From IMG/VR virus record IMGVR_UViG_3300044614_002617, positions 46,368-110,367 of that record: DNA of 64,000 nt; one strand, 5' to 3'. The DNA comes from a virus. Under the pieces are notes generated by a model that saw only the letters and a program-made list of their open reading frames with translations, was not told the origin of the DNA and ran no database searches. The translations under genes were made by a program, and so were the position numbers. This document shows, piece after piece, positions 37,970 to 47,274 of this stretch (position 1 is its first letter; every line of letters starts with the position of its first letter).

Positions 37970-38680
37970 ATGCAAAGTCTTAAGTCTTTACAAAAACAGC
38001 TTGAAAAGTTGCAGAAAGCAGAAAAATGCAGTAAAGACAATAATTTAAATAAAAAAGCTCTTTTAAAAAAATCTCTTAAGTCTTTGTTAGCTGAATACGA
38101 AAAGCTCAAAAAAGCTGAATATCTTAATAATACATATTATCCAGATCATGTTGACGCTGCTCGTAAAAAAGAACATCCTACTAAAAAACACCTAATTGGC
38201 CATTATGCTAAAAATGGCGAACCTACTTGGACTTATAACAAACATCTTGCATACGAGCAGGATGAAGGTCTTAAAAAGCTTATTGATGGTAAGCAAATAT
38301 CTAAAGATGGTAAGCTTTTACCAAACAAATTAAATTCCCTGTCTCAAGAAAATATTCAACTGCTAAGAGAGCATACACTGAGCACTCTATTAAAAGATCC
38401 CGATAGGCATGTTATGGCCGCAAACACAGACCCCTCAAAACCCAAAGACCATGCAGAAGTCAGAGTTAGACACCTTATTAATGCCTTGACAGGCTCTGAT
38501 GGGTATGAGTTAAAAGATAGTCCTATGGGTGGCTTTGAAATTTATGCTCCGAGACATTCTGGCTCTGATAAGGCACAAGACATTGCAACTCGTTGGACTT
38601 TTCACCCTAATAAAAAAAGATTTAGGTCTGAAAGAATCTATCCGATAAGTGTGAGCGGAGGGGATGGCGATGGAAAATAA
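37970..38680 (+). CDS. Hypothetical protein with LxK[SA]-rich leader (putative internal head protein)
   Basis: N-terminal LQKAE, LKKSL and LKKAE precede a globular region. Confidence 0.6.
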   Translation: MQSLKSLQKQLEKLQKAEKCSKDNNLNKKALLKKSLKSLLAEYEKLKKAEYLNNTYYPDHVDAARKKEHPTKKHLIGHYAKNGEPTWTYNKHLAYEQDEGLKKLIDGKQISKDGKLLPNKLNSLSQENIQLLREHTLSTLLKDPDRHVMAANTDPSKPKDHAEVRVRHLINALTGSDGYELKDSPMGGFEIYAPRHSGSDKAQDIATRWTFHPNKKRFRSERIYPISVSGGDGDGK

Positions 38681-38852
38681 ACAAATAAGTCATGAAGAGC
38701 TGATTGCTCGCGGCTTAGATCCAGACCTTGGCAGACTTATTGAAGAAGCTGAGCCAATGAGAATAGACAGAATTGGTTGGCTTGAGAGTAAGATAATTAG
38801 TATGTCTCTTTTTGTAAAGATATGGGCAGTAAAGATTCGGAGATTTTTTTAA
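38670..38852 (+). CDS. Small hypothetical protein
   Basis: Overlaps both neighbours; start at 38664 or 38670. Confidence 0.5.
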   Translation: MENKQISHEELIARGLDPDLGRLIEEAEPMRIDRIGWLESKIISMSLFVKIWAVKIRRFF

Positions 38853-39613
38853 TGTCAAATGATAAAAAAGAGCATCAAAACAAAAAATCTTTCAAAGCAA
38901 CGCCCGCTGTACTGCAGGCATTACGGGCCATAAAGACAGCTATTTTAGAAAAAAGACCCGTTGTCCTCAACAAAACAAGAGGCACACTCAAATTTCCTAA
39001 AATCCTCCCCAAAGACACACGCCCAGAAGAAAACGTCAAGCAAATTCCTAAAAACGAGCCTCATCAAGAAATGAAACCCCATGGTCTATGGGACGTACAA
39101 CCTGCTAAACAACAATTCATTCAAGCAGCACTGACCGGAGTCCCTCCTGAACAAAGATACAGAGGCGCTCAGCAAATTCAAGAAGCAATTCAAGGTGGTA
39201 TGCTCGGAGCCTACACTCACAAAACCAAACAAGCTTTTGCTCTTGAGCCTGACTTTGCCGTCAAAGGACACGAAGCCATTCATGCCATGGTAGACAAGGC
39301 GGCTACTCATTTTGGGGTAGATGAAAAACAAGTCTACGAGCATCTTAATAGCTTAATCCATCCAGAAGACAAAGAAATCTTGGCCCATACCCTTAAGACT
39401 ACCGGCTATCCCTCTCACGTTCACTATTCTGAAATGGTGCCTTGGATTCATACCATCTTGCACAACAAGCCAGCTAGAGAATATTTCTTTAATTCTTTAA
39501 AGTTTTATAAGAATAACGTCGATGAGACAAAACAGAGGCAGGCGGTTCAGCGTCTTGGTAGGACATGGAACGCTATTGTAAAAATGGGTAAAGAGCTAGA
39601 CAAGTTACCATGA
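38852..39613 (+). CDS. HExxH zincin-like metallopeptidase domain protein
   Basis: GAY...HEAIH...E pattern; start at TAATG overlap (38852) preferred. Confidence 0.6.
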   Translation: MSNDKKEHQNKKSFKATPAVLQALRAIKTAILEKRPVVLNKTRGTLKFPKILPKDTRPEENVKQIPKNEPHQEMKPHGLWDVQPAKQQFIQAALTGVPPEQRYRGAQQIQEAIQGGMLGAYTHKTKQAFALEPDFAVKGHEAIHAMVDKAATHFGVDEKQVYEHLNSLIHPEDKEILAHTLKTTGYPSHVHYSEMVPWIHTILHNKPAREYFFNSLKFYKNNVDETKQRQAVQRLGRTWNAIVKMGKELDKLP

Positions 39614-39620
39614 GGAAGTT

Positions 39621-40022
39621 ATGAGTACATTAAAGCGCGGCTATTTGAACTGCGCAACATATAAAAATAATTACACTTTTTATATTGGAGAAGGGTTCTT
39701 ACAAGATTCTTTTTTACATCTTGCTGTAAACCCAAATCCTAGCCTATTGTTTGCTGAGATGTTGACTGAATGCAAATGGACTCCTTACAAGTCTTATGTT
39801 GAGATGTTGGTAACAATTAAAGAATTGCCGTCAAATAAAAATATTCTTAATGATTTCAACAAAATGACTACTGATTGTTATTTGAGGCACACGGTTGGTG
39901 ACCAAGAATCTGTCTATCTACTCAAAAACAATGAGCTATTTTGTACAGAAGACTTACAAAAGCCAATCAAGTTAAATGAATTGATGTTTTTAGACGGCAA
40001 GTGGACAATTGTAAAATCATGA
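39621..40022 (+). CDS. Hypothetical protein
   Basis: GAGGA RBS; follows the HExxH gene. Confidence 0.65.
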   Translation: MSTLKRGYLNCATYKNNYTFYIGEGFLQDSFLHLAVNPNPSLLFAEMLTECKWTPYKSYVEMLVTIKELPSNKNILNDFNKMTTDCYLRHTVGDQESVYLLKNNELFCTEDLQKPIKLNELMFLDGKWTIVKS

Positions 40023-40044
40023 TATTTGACTGAAAGGCGTCGTT

Positions 40045-42705
40045 GTGAAAACACTCAAAGACCTAACAGATAGAATTGCTGCAGAACACGGCTTGGAGTG
40101 GTACCAACCCCTTAATAAAGCTGAAGATTCTGCTGGCATGACAGCTATTCACTTGGGTAACGGTTATTCACTGCACCATGAGCATTCTGAAAACGGCCAT
40201 GACATTTGGGCTGTTGGGTTTAATGGCGAGCGTGCTGGCACCTTCATGTTAAGAACAGAAGACACTCGCAGAGGCAAGCCAATGGTGGCTTGGGCTGGCT
40301 TAGAGAAGCCACATAGAGGTAAAGGAATTGGAACTCTTGCCTATAAAGCGTTAGCTGTTCATTACGGGGGGCTAGACTCAGATAAAGCATCGTCATCCGA
40401 TGAAGCTGTTAAGGCTTGGATAAGGGCTGGCGGGCGTCAAATGAAGATAAAAAGTCAATTTGGCAAGCCTCGATATACTTTGGATGGGGATAAAAAGAAT
40501 CTACCTATTAAATGGAATGAAGATTTGATTAAGGGCTTTAAAAGCCAGTGGGGTGGCACTCTTCCCGACACAGACAATTCGCACGTCGAAAGAAATGAAT
40601 GGTGGCACGGAACTCCATCGGGAAGATTTCCTCTTAATAATATTCACGTGGGCAGCAAGAAAGCCGCTCATGAAGCCTTAACCGCAACAATAGGGCATCC
40701 TGTTGAGGGCGAGTGGGATGGTACTAGAGAATACGGAAAGACCTTACTGGCTGGCAAAAAAACCTTGGAAGCTAGAGGGATTTCTATTACCGGCTATTCA
40801 GCAGACGCTCCGCTTGAAGACCACTATCCCACGGGTAAAGCCAAGTATTCCGACGGAACACAAGTTTCTTCGTCGGAAAAACCTAATATGCTAAGATTCA
40901 AGATAAAAGGCAAAATGACCAGCCATCCGCATACGCCGAGAACAGATATGGCCGCAAATGCAATAATGAAAAGAAAAGGTATAAAACAAGGAATTTATTA
41001 TGTAAACGAGGGGGAAGACCCTGGCTCAATTAGCGCCGTTGTTCCTTCGGTAGAGCATTTAGAACAAATTAATAATTCTATTAAAAAATCCTCTGACCTT
41101 AACTCTCTCATCCAACAAGCCAAAACCCGTTTAGAAGGCGTCAAAAAGGTTGGCTCTCAAGAGTCACGCCCTATGATATTTGCCAACAAAGACGAAACAA
41201 AACATGGGTTTGTAACTGTAGACCCTTCTAAAAAAGGCCAATGGCGCGTCACTCATTTCGTCAAAGGCAAGCCCGCAGGTCATTCAGAAGCACCTACATT
41301 TAGCGATGCCATCAAAGTAGCTCATGAGTCAGGCTATAACGTCTTTAAAGAAATTCCTGAAGAGCAACTCTTTAAAGCAGAGTCTCTTGTTAAGGCTGCT
41401 CATCCGTCGGACCTTAAAAAGATGGTTAACAAAACAAACCACGATGCTAAAGAAATTGTAGACGCCGCTCCTCATGCTGTTCACGCACCTGACCAAGAAT
41501 ATGTTAATTTTTTAAATGACCCAAAAGTTCAAAAAGGACTAGGAAGTAAAGACGTTGGTGGAATTTCAGCCAAGATGGTGCATAAAGTAGGCGATGAAAC
41601 TTACATGGCTAAGCCTTACTATAAAAAAGTTGAGTCAGCTGCACGAGCAATAAATCCGCATCCGATTTCTGGTTGGGCTTCTATAGCTACTAAAAATCTT
41701 TATAATGCTGCAAATATTGGGCATTTATGTGAAGATGTATCTTTTCACGAGCATAACGGTATTCCCATGACTGTTCATAAGTTTGCCAAAAATGCTCATG
41801 AAGTTGGTGATCCTGGTTATGAGTATACCTTTCAAAACAGAATTAAAAATCCTAACATTGAAGCTCAAGGTAAAAAAATAGCAATTATGGATTTTTTAAC
41901 AAATAATTTAGACCGCCATACCTCAAATATTATGTTTCATCCAAATGAAAAAAAAACCGACCATAATCTTCTTGCTATTGACCACGAAAGAAGCTTTCAG
42001 TATAATAAAGGATGGGGCATCTTAGAGCCCCGTTATGCCGTTAACGAAAGACCTCGATCTTATTTCAATCATTCACTAGGGCTTAAGCCTTTTTCAATAA
42101 GTGACGAAACCGACTTACCTGAGCATCAAACAACAAAGGCGTGGTGGCGAGCAAATAAAGATAATATATCAAATTCTTTTAATAAAGATATAGAAAGCAT
42201 TAAAGACCCTTATCTTAAAAATCACATTAAAACTAACTTTACAAAAAGATGGGAATGGCTTAATGAGCATTCTAATCCAGACCATTTTGATTTTTTTGAT
42301 GCTGCCAATATCCCTGTTGAAATGACTAAGGAACGTCTTCCAAAAACCGATTATCAAGCAATTATAAAAAACTTGCCTGATAATCCTTATAAGGCACTCG
42401 GCGTTATTGATGGTCTTTTTGCCAAAAAGCTATCTTTTGCCACAAAAGAAACTTTGGTAGATCTTTGGGACCAACAAGTTGATAAGATGTCTGGAGAAGA
42501 AGTTGGTAACTATCTTAAGGATATTGAAAAAACAAAAAATCATCCTCACCCCAAAGGCGCTTACGGGTCCTTAATGAACAGATTGGTTCAGGAAAATCAT
42601 CAACAGGGAATACAGCATTTAGTACAAAATAACATAATAGATTCGCCATATTGGAAAGAAAAGTTTAAAGCAGTACTAAGATTAGGGGCACCAAAAAAAC
42701 CATGA
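40045..42705 (+). CDS. Polyvalent protein: GNAT + ART-like + unknown domain + HipA/PI3-4K-like kinase
   Basis: HRGKGIG..AY (acetyl-CoA loop); WWHGT...HVGS...Y.NEGED.GS.S; MAKP...DFLTNNLDRHTSN...LLAIDHERSF. Confidence 0.75.
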   Translation: MKTLKDLTDRIAAEHGLEWYQPLNKAEDSAGMTAIHLGNGYSLHHEHSENGHDIWAVGFNGERAGTFMLRTEDTRRGKPMVAWAGLEKPHRGKGIGTLAYKALAVHYGGLDSDKASSSDEAVKAWIRAGGRQMKIKSQFGKPRYTLDGDKKNLPIKWNEDLIKGFKSQWGGTLPDTDNSHVERNEWWHGTPSGRFPLNNIHVGSKKAAHEALTATIGHPVEGEWDGTREYGKTLLAGKKTLEARGISITGYSADAPLEDHYPTGKAKYSDGTQVSSSEKPNMLRFKIKGKMTSHPHTPRTDMAANAIMKRKGIKQGIYYVNEGEDPGSISAVVPSVEHLEQINNSIKKSSDLNSLIQQAKTRLEGVKKVGSQESRPMIFANKDETKHGFVTVDPSKKGQWRVTHFVKGKPAGHSEAPTFSDAIKVAHESGYNVFKEIPEEQLFKAESLVKAAHPSDLKKMVNKTNHDAKEIVDAAPHAVHAPDQEYVNFLNDPKVQKGLGSKDVGGISAKMVHKVGDETYMAKPYYKKVESAARAINPHPISGWASIATKNLYNAANIGHLCEDVSFHEHNGIPMTVHKFAKNAHEVGDPGYEYTFQNRIKNPNIEAQGKKIAIMDFLTNNLDRHTSNIMFHPNEKKTDHNLLAIDHERSFQYNKGWGILEPRYAVNERPRSYFNHSLGLKPFSISDETDLPEHQTTKAWWRANKDNISNSFNKDIESIKDPYLKNHIKTNFTKRWEWLNEHSNPDHFDFFDAANIPVEMTKERLPKTDYQAIIKNLPDNPYKALGVIDGLFAKKLSFATKETLVDLWDQQVDKMSGEEVGNYLKDIEKTKNHPHPKGAYGSLMNRLVQENHQQGIQHLVQNNIIDSPYWKEKFKAVLRLGAPKKP

Positions 42706-43367
42706 TTCTTCACATTAAGAGCCACGTGACTAGCTTTGAGTACTCAATTCCTGCAACTTATGAAGGAATTAAAAGCCTTTTTGATATGTTTCCTTTTGTA
42801 GAACAAATAGTTGCACACCATCATAATTTAAATCAGGCTCTCGAAGAGATTGTCGAGTATCTTAGCTCTCACCATATGGATGCTTGGTTGTCAGCAGAAG
42901 CACCTCTTAAAAAATCAGAAGACAAAACCCGCGTAGCCTCTATTGTTGTCTGCAGTGGCGACAGGATGTTGATGCTTCAACGTAGAGATAACGACAAGTG
43001 GACATTCCCCGGTGGCCATTTGAACAACGGCGAGTCGTTTATTGACGGTGCTGTAAGAGAGTTGTTTGAAGAGGCAGGCATCAGAGCAAACCCAGATGAA
43101 CTTATTCTTATGGGCGACAAACAGACTTTCCAAGGCAAGACTATCCATGTCTACCTATATAAAGTCAATAGCGAAATAGCAACTACAGCATCGAACGATC
43201 CAGACAAAGAAGCCAAACAATTCAAGTGGTTGCCACATATTTTACCAGAAGAAATTAAAGAAAACCTCTACATTCCTGTAGGAGACAACGCTTCTTTGAG
43301 TATGTTTATGAAGTATCTCTTAAGTCAGAAGATTCAGGAGCTTAAAAGCAAAATAAATAAAGATTAA
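42702..43367 (+). CDS. Nudix hydrolase with N-terminal extension
   Basis: WTFPGGHLNNGESFIDGAVRELFEEAGI Nudix box. Confidence 0.9.
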   Translation: MILHIKSHVTSFEYSIPATYEGIKSLFDMFPFVEQIVAHHHNLNQALEEIVEYLSSHHMDAWLSAEAPLKKSEDKTRVASIVVCSGDRMLMLQRRDNDKWTFPGGHLNNGESFIDGAVRELFEEAGIRANPDELILMGDKQTFQGKTIHVYLYKVNSEIATTASNDPDKEAKQFKWLPHILPEEIKENLYIPVGDNASLSMFMKYLLSQKIQELKSKINKD

Positions 43368-43573
43368 TTTACATTTTCTTTATTATTGGGTTTGTTCTCA
43401 ATGGCGCGAATTAATCTTGCCGCATAATGTCTGTGAAAGTCTTGATTTGTTTTGTTGGAAGGATTTTTTTCTAATTCATCTAAATAAGCCATCAAGATTA
43501 ATTTAGCTACTCTATTATCTTCGCTAATTCTTCTTATAAGATTTTCGTCGATTTTATATTCTGTTTGGTTCAT
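43364..43573 (-). CDS. Hypothetical protein
   Basis: ORF overlapping both neighbours. Confidence 0.55.
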   Translation of the reverse strand: MNQTEYKIDENLIRRISEDNRVAKLILMAYLDELEKNPSNKTNQDFHRHYAARLIRAIENKPNNKENVN

Positions 43574-44202
43574 CTTATTGATTTCTTTATATTTTCGTAT
43601 TCTTCATCTTTGACGTGATAGTCCCCAGCGTTTGCCGACTTAATTTGCCTTGCTCCGTTAATATACCATTCTCCGCCATCGTCGGCAATTTTCTTAATTA
43701 GCTCTTCATATGTCATATACATTCTGGCTGCGCACCTATTTAACAAACCATACTCTTGAGCATAACTTTTAATTCCTTGAATAAGCACCTCGGGGACTGT
43801 AGCCGTGGTTTTACTTCCAAAAACCAAATAATGATGATGCACCATTAAAAGAGTATTGTCTCTAAAAACCCTAATAGTGCAGTGTTGATAAATCTCAAAA
43901 GCTGCACTGGCAGCAAAATCAGCAACGCAAATGGTTCTATAGCGAGACATCCTAGTAATAATGGCTTCGGCGGCATCAACATCTCCGCCATTGCTTGAAA
44001 TATACATTAAAACTGTGTCGCCCGGCTTGGCATCCTGAATGTGCTTATCAAACTGACTTACAGCCAGCCAATCAACATCAAAACTAAAATTAAATACTTT
44101 ACTAGAACTTACTTGCATTTCTGCCAGCACTTCCGCTGGAATACTTGGAATGGGCTTTGTGCAAGCCATCAGAAGTATTAGTAAAAGTAAAAAATATTTC
44201 AT
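43570..44202 (-). CDS. ClpP-like peptidase, predicted lipoprotein
   Basis: MKYFLLLLILLMAC lipobox; YISSNGGDV, AASAA, LMVHH. Confidence 0.75.
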   Translation of the reverse strand: MKYFLLLLILLMACTKPIPSIPAEVLAEMQVSSSKVFNFSFDVDWLAVSQFDKHIQDAKPGDTVLMYISSNGGDVDAAEAIITRMSRYRTICVADFAASAAFEIYQHCTIRVFRDNTLLMVHHHYLVFGSKTTATVPEVLIQGIKSYAQEYGLLNRCAARMYMTYEELIKKIADDGGEWYINGARQIKSANAGDYHVKDEEYENIKKSIR

Positions 44203-44762
44203 TTTATTATCCTTTTAGCAGGATAAAAAACAGAATGAACAAGGCGCACACACTGTTCTTTGGTAATAACATTTTTTTCCATCAACGTAAACAAGGCGTT
44301 TCTTGCTGCTATAGAAGGACTATATGATAGGCACATGTGCAATACATTTAAAAAAACTTTTTCATCCTCATTTAAATCCGCGCGATACGTATTTATATGC
44401 TCTTCTAAATCCGCTCTAACAGCAGAAATACGCTCGTCAAGCTCTCGACGCTCTTTAACATTTTGCTGCAAGGTTTTTTCGATTTTTTTGGCAATTAATA
44501 GGTTGACGCCTAAACGATTTGACACTTTACTCAAACAAAACAACAAGATGCGCCTTGCTGCAAAATCATCTAAAAAGTTACCTGACAGGACAATATCAAT
44601 TTTGTCTAAAGAATCTATGTGATTTAATCTAACAAAGTCAACGATTGTACCTTGCCAATTAGGATCTAGTGTCTTCCAGATACGTGGGCCAGCCTCTGAT
44701 ATGTAATACACATCAAATCTGTTAATTTTTCTAGATGTATCAAGAAGTTTGCTTTCTTTCAT
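44199..44762 (-). CDS. Hypothetical protein
   Basis: 187-aa ORF in operon. Confidence 0.6.
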   Translation of the reverse strand: MKESKLLDTSRKINRFDVYYISEAGPRIWKTLDPNWQGTIVDFVRLNHIDSLDKIDIVLSGNFLDDFAARRILLFCLSKVSNRLGVNLLIAKKIEKTLQQNVKERRELDERISAVRADLEEHINTYRADLNEDEKVFLNVLHMCLSYSPSIAARNALFTLMEKNVITKEQCVRLVHSVFYPAKRIIK

Positions 44763-44767
44763 AGACT

Positions 44768-44989
44768 TTATTTCTTTAAGCCTTTCTTAGGTTTTACATT
44801 TATTAGGAGCTTGGTGGCCTTGCCTTCGAGAATAGAAATAGCCATAGAGGCTGGCATAGATAACCAAGTCATTCCGCCGTCTTCTGTATAAATAGAGCAA
44901 TGTTCTTTGCGGGTCAAAACACGGCAGACTTTGTCTGGATTAATCCAAACTTCATTTCCATCACTGTCTACAAAGCTAATAAGTTTCAT
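44768..44989 (-). CDS. Small protein, FlbD/SwrD-like fold suspected
   Basis: MKLISF.D.DG.EVWINPDKV..V......IY.EDG. Confidence 0.45.
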   Translation of the reverse strand: MKLISFVDSDGNEVWINPDKVCRVLTRKEHCSIYTEDGGMTWLSMPASMAISILEGKATKLLINVKPKKGLKK

Positions 44990-45336
44990 TTTTTCTTCCT
45001 TTTTTTAGTATAAACTTCCTCTTCTTCTTCGTCATACTCCGCATACTTATCATACGCATCTTCGGCTTCGTCTTCATAATCATTCCGAGGATACCCCGGA
45101 GACTTATAGTTTTTCAACTTATCGTCTTTTTTTGGGGGTTCTTTAGGTTCTACTTTTTTAGTAATCACCACTTCAGCGCCGCCCGGTACCAACCTAATCT
45201 CTTGAGTAGGAAACCTAAACTGGACGTAAGTCAAGAACTCGTCTATTGTTTCTTTCTCTCTCTCCCATTTGAAATCAAAAATCTCGGTTACGGTTCTGCC
45301 GGTCACACATTCATACTTACGACTAGATACCTTCAA
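44986..45336 (-). CDS. Hypothetical protein with acidic C-terminal region
   Basis: TTG start after AGGAG RBS. Confidence 0.6.
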   Translation of the reverse strand: MKVSSRKYECVTGRTVTEIFDFKWEREKETIDEFLTYVQFRFPTQEIRLVPGGAEVVITKKVEPKEPPKKDDKLKNYKSPGYPRNDYEDEAEDAYDKYAEYDEEEEEVYTKKRKKK

Positions 45337-45373
45337 CTTTTTCTCCTAAATAGAAGGTTAATCTTCTTCTATT

Positions 45374-45679
45374 TTAGTCGGGAAAATGACGTTTTAGTGC
45401 AAATTCAATAATTTTAGACACTTCTTCTTTGGCCATACCGCCATTTTTCATGCTTTCTACGGTATAGAGTAAAATACATGCCATTGCTTCATTTCTGTGA
45501 TTTTGGTTCTTAATAGCGTTGAGCCTGTTGGCAAAGTCATGCGATAATAGGCTGACCAAAATTGAAATTTGATCTATTTTTTTATTCTTTTTTTCTTTTT
45601 TTTCATTAATATCAATAACTTTCAAGAGAATCCTTTCTGTATCTAAATAGTGTTGATTTTGTTGAATTTTATCAACCAA
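45374..45679 (-). CDS. Hypothetical protein
   Basis: 101-aa ORF; start uncertain. Confidence 0.5.
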   Translation of the reverse strand: MVDKIQQNQHYLDTERILLKVIDINEKKEKKNKKIDQISILVSLLSHDFANRLNAIKNQNHRNEAMACILLYTVESMKNGGMAKEEVSKIIEFALKRHFPD

Positions 45680-45736
45680 CCATTAAGATATAAAATGATG
45701 GTAGCCTAATTTGGCCAACGAGACAATGGAGAACTT

Positions 45737-46324
45737 ATGGAAAAAAAAATTTTAGACTCAGCGCTTCCTCTGATCAAAGCCTATGAGGGTTGTCATCTTA
45801 AAGCATACAAATGTCCAGCGGGTGTTTGGACTATTGGCTGGGGGCAAACTGGCAAAGATATTAAGGAAGGTGTTGTTTGGACTCAAGAACAGGCCGATGC
45901 TGCTTTGGAAAAAAGCGTTGCTGAGCTCACCAAGGGGGCTCTTGAGTTAATTAAAGTTCGCTTACGTCCAGAGCAGATTGGAGCCTTGGTGTCATTTGCC
46001 TATAACGTAGGACTTGGTGACCTTGCTAAGAGTACTTTACTCAGACTTGTTAACGCTAAGGCCGATACAGAAGACATTGTTAAGCAGTTTCTTGTGTGGA
46101 ACAAGGCAGGTGGCAAGCCACTTATGGGTTTACTCTATAGGCGAGCTTCTGAAGCTCTTATGTTTAAGTCAGAAACCTTTAAAAGATTCAACTCTCTGGA
46201 GGAGATGGAACCTTACTTTGAAATTGAGCATGAACTGTTGCCACCTAAACCGGTTACCCCAACCAAACCCAAGGCGGCCGCTACTCCAAAAACCAAATCA
46301 TCAGCGCCCAAAAAGAAAGTTTAA
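45737..46324 (+). CDS. Endolysin (GH24 phage lysozyme) with basic Pro/Lys tail
   Basis: YEGCHLKAYKCPAGVWTIGWG, SFAYNVG, GL..RR.SE. Confidence 0.92.
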   Translation: MEKKILDSALPLIKAYEGCHLKAYKCPAGVWTIGWGQTGKDIKEGVVWTQEQADAALEKSVAELTKGALELIKVRLRPEQIGALVSFAYNVGLGDLAKSTLLRLVNAKADTEDIVKQFLVWNKAGGKPLMGLLYRRASEALMFKSETFKRFNSLEEMEPYFEIEHELLPPKPVTPTKPKAAATPKTKSSAPKKKV

Positions 46325-46327
46325 TTT

Positions 46328-46888
46328 ATGCTATTAGAATTATACAAAAAAATTCCTAATTGGGGCAAGATCGGAGTCGTCTGTATCGCAGTAGGTTACT
46401 TTATTGGACGTAACTCTGTTCCTGTCCACACAGAAACTACTACCGATAAGGTAGTGGTTGTTGAAAAAGAAAAGAACGAAGAAGAAACCAAGTCAACCGA
46501 AGAGTCTACTACAAAAAAGACTGGTCCTGTAATTATTGTAAGAGAGGAGACAAGGCCAGACGGTACCAAAATTGTAGAAAGAACAAAACAAGGTGGAACT
46601 AAAGAAGAGACTAAAAGGAAAGAAGACAATTCTAAAAAAGTAGAAGAAAAGACAAAAGTAGTTGAAGTTATTAAAGAAGTTAAAGTTACAGAACCGTTTC
46701 CAAGCTATTCTATCGGTGCTCACATCAAGGCACCTGTAGATGAAATTACTTCAAATCATTTAAAGAAAGAATTGGACGTAACCGCTGGATACAGAGTCTA
46801 CAAGAAATTATGGCTAGAGGGGGTTGTTTCCTCCCCCCTTGATTTCAAAAAGCCAGCACTTGGTGTTGGATTTCGGGTCGAGTTTTAA
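46328..46888 (+). CDS. Spanin-like lysis protein (N-terminal TM, C-terminal beta-strands ending in Phe)
   Basis: Directly follows the lysozyme; TM at about aa 12-27; ends ALGVGFRVEF. Confidence 0.55.
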   Translation: MLLELYKKIPNWGKIGVVCIAVGYFIGRNSVPVHTETTTDKVVVVEKEKNEEETKSTEESTTKKTGPVIIVREETRPDGTKIVERTKQGGTKEETKRKEDNSKKVEEKTKVVEVIKEVKVTEPFPSYSIGAHIKAPVDEITSNHLKKELDVTAGYRVYKKLWLEGVVSSPLDFKKPALGVGFRVEF

Positions 46889-47266
46889 TTATTCGGCGGA
46901 TTTTTGTTTTTCAGACAACACAAAAGCAGCCATTTGAATAGTAGCCTTATAGGGGGCGATAGCTTCTTTAAGGCCGCTTTCTAACAGCTTTTTAGCTTCC
47001 ACGGCTCTTTGATACTCTTCATGAGCTTCTAGCTCTTCTTCGCCTCGCTGAACCTGAACCGCAGAGTTAGCAATGAGCTCTTCTAGCTCCTGCTGAGACA
47101 TCTTAAGAACTTCTTGAATACGGTCAAAAGACATAAACTTAGCGACTTTGCTATGAAGTTTTTTTGGCACTCCATACTCTTCGAGCATTCCCTTCTTTTC
47201 TTTAGAAGAGACATCATCGGTAACTGATTCATTTGAATGAATTTTTTTAAGTCTAGCCATAATCAA
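46889..47266 (-). CDS. Hypothetical protein
   Basis: Helical charged ORF; AGGAG RBS. Confidence 0.65.
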   Translation of the reverse strand: MIMARLKKIHSNESVTDDVSSKEKKGMLEEYGVPKKLHSKVAKFMSFDRIQEVLKMSQQELEELIANSAVQVQRGEEELEAHEEYQRAVEAKKLLESGLKEAIAPYKATIQMAAFVLSEKQKSAE

Positions 47267-47274
47267 AACTCCTA

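Noticed and set aside
38800-38855. Frameshift joining 38670 and 38852
   Set aside because: Only a T5 run, no slippery heptamer, and a clean TAATG overlap explains two genes.
39498-39525. Fifth sigma28-like site (TAAAGTTT-N12-GTCGATGA)
   Set aside because: Spacer is 12 bp, the -10 is weaker, and it lies about 95 nt from the next start.
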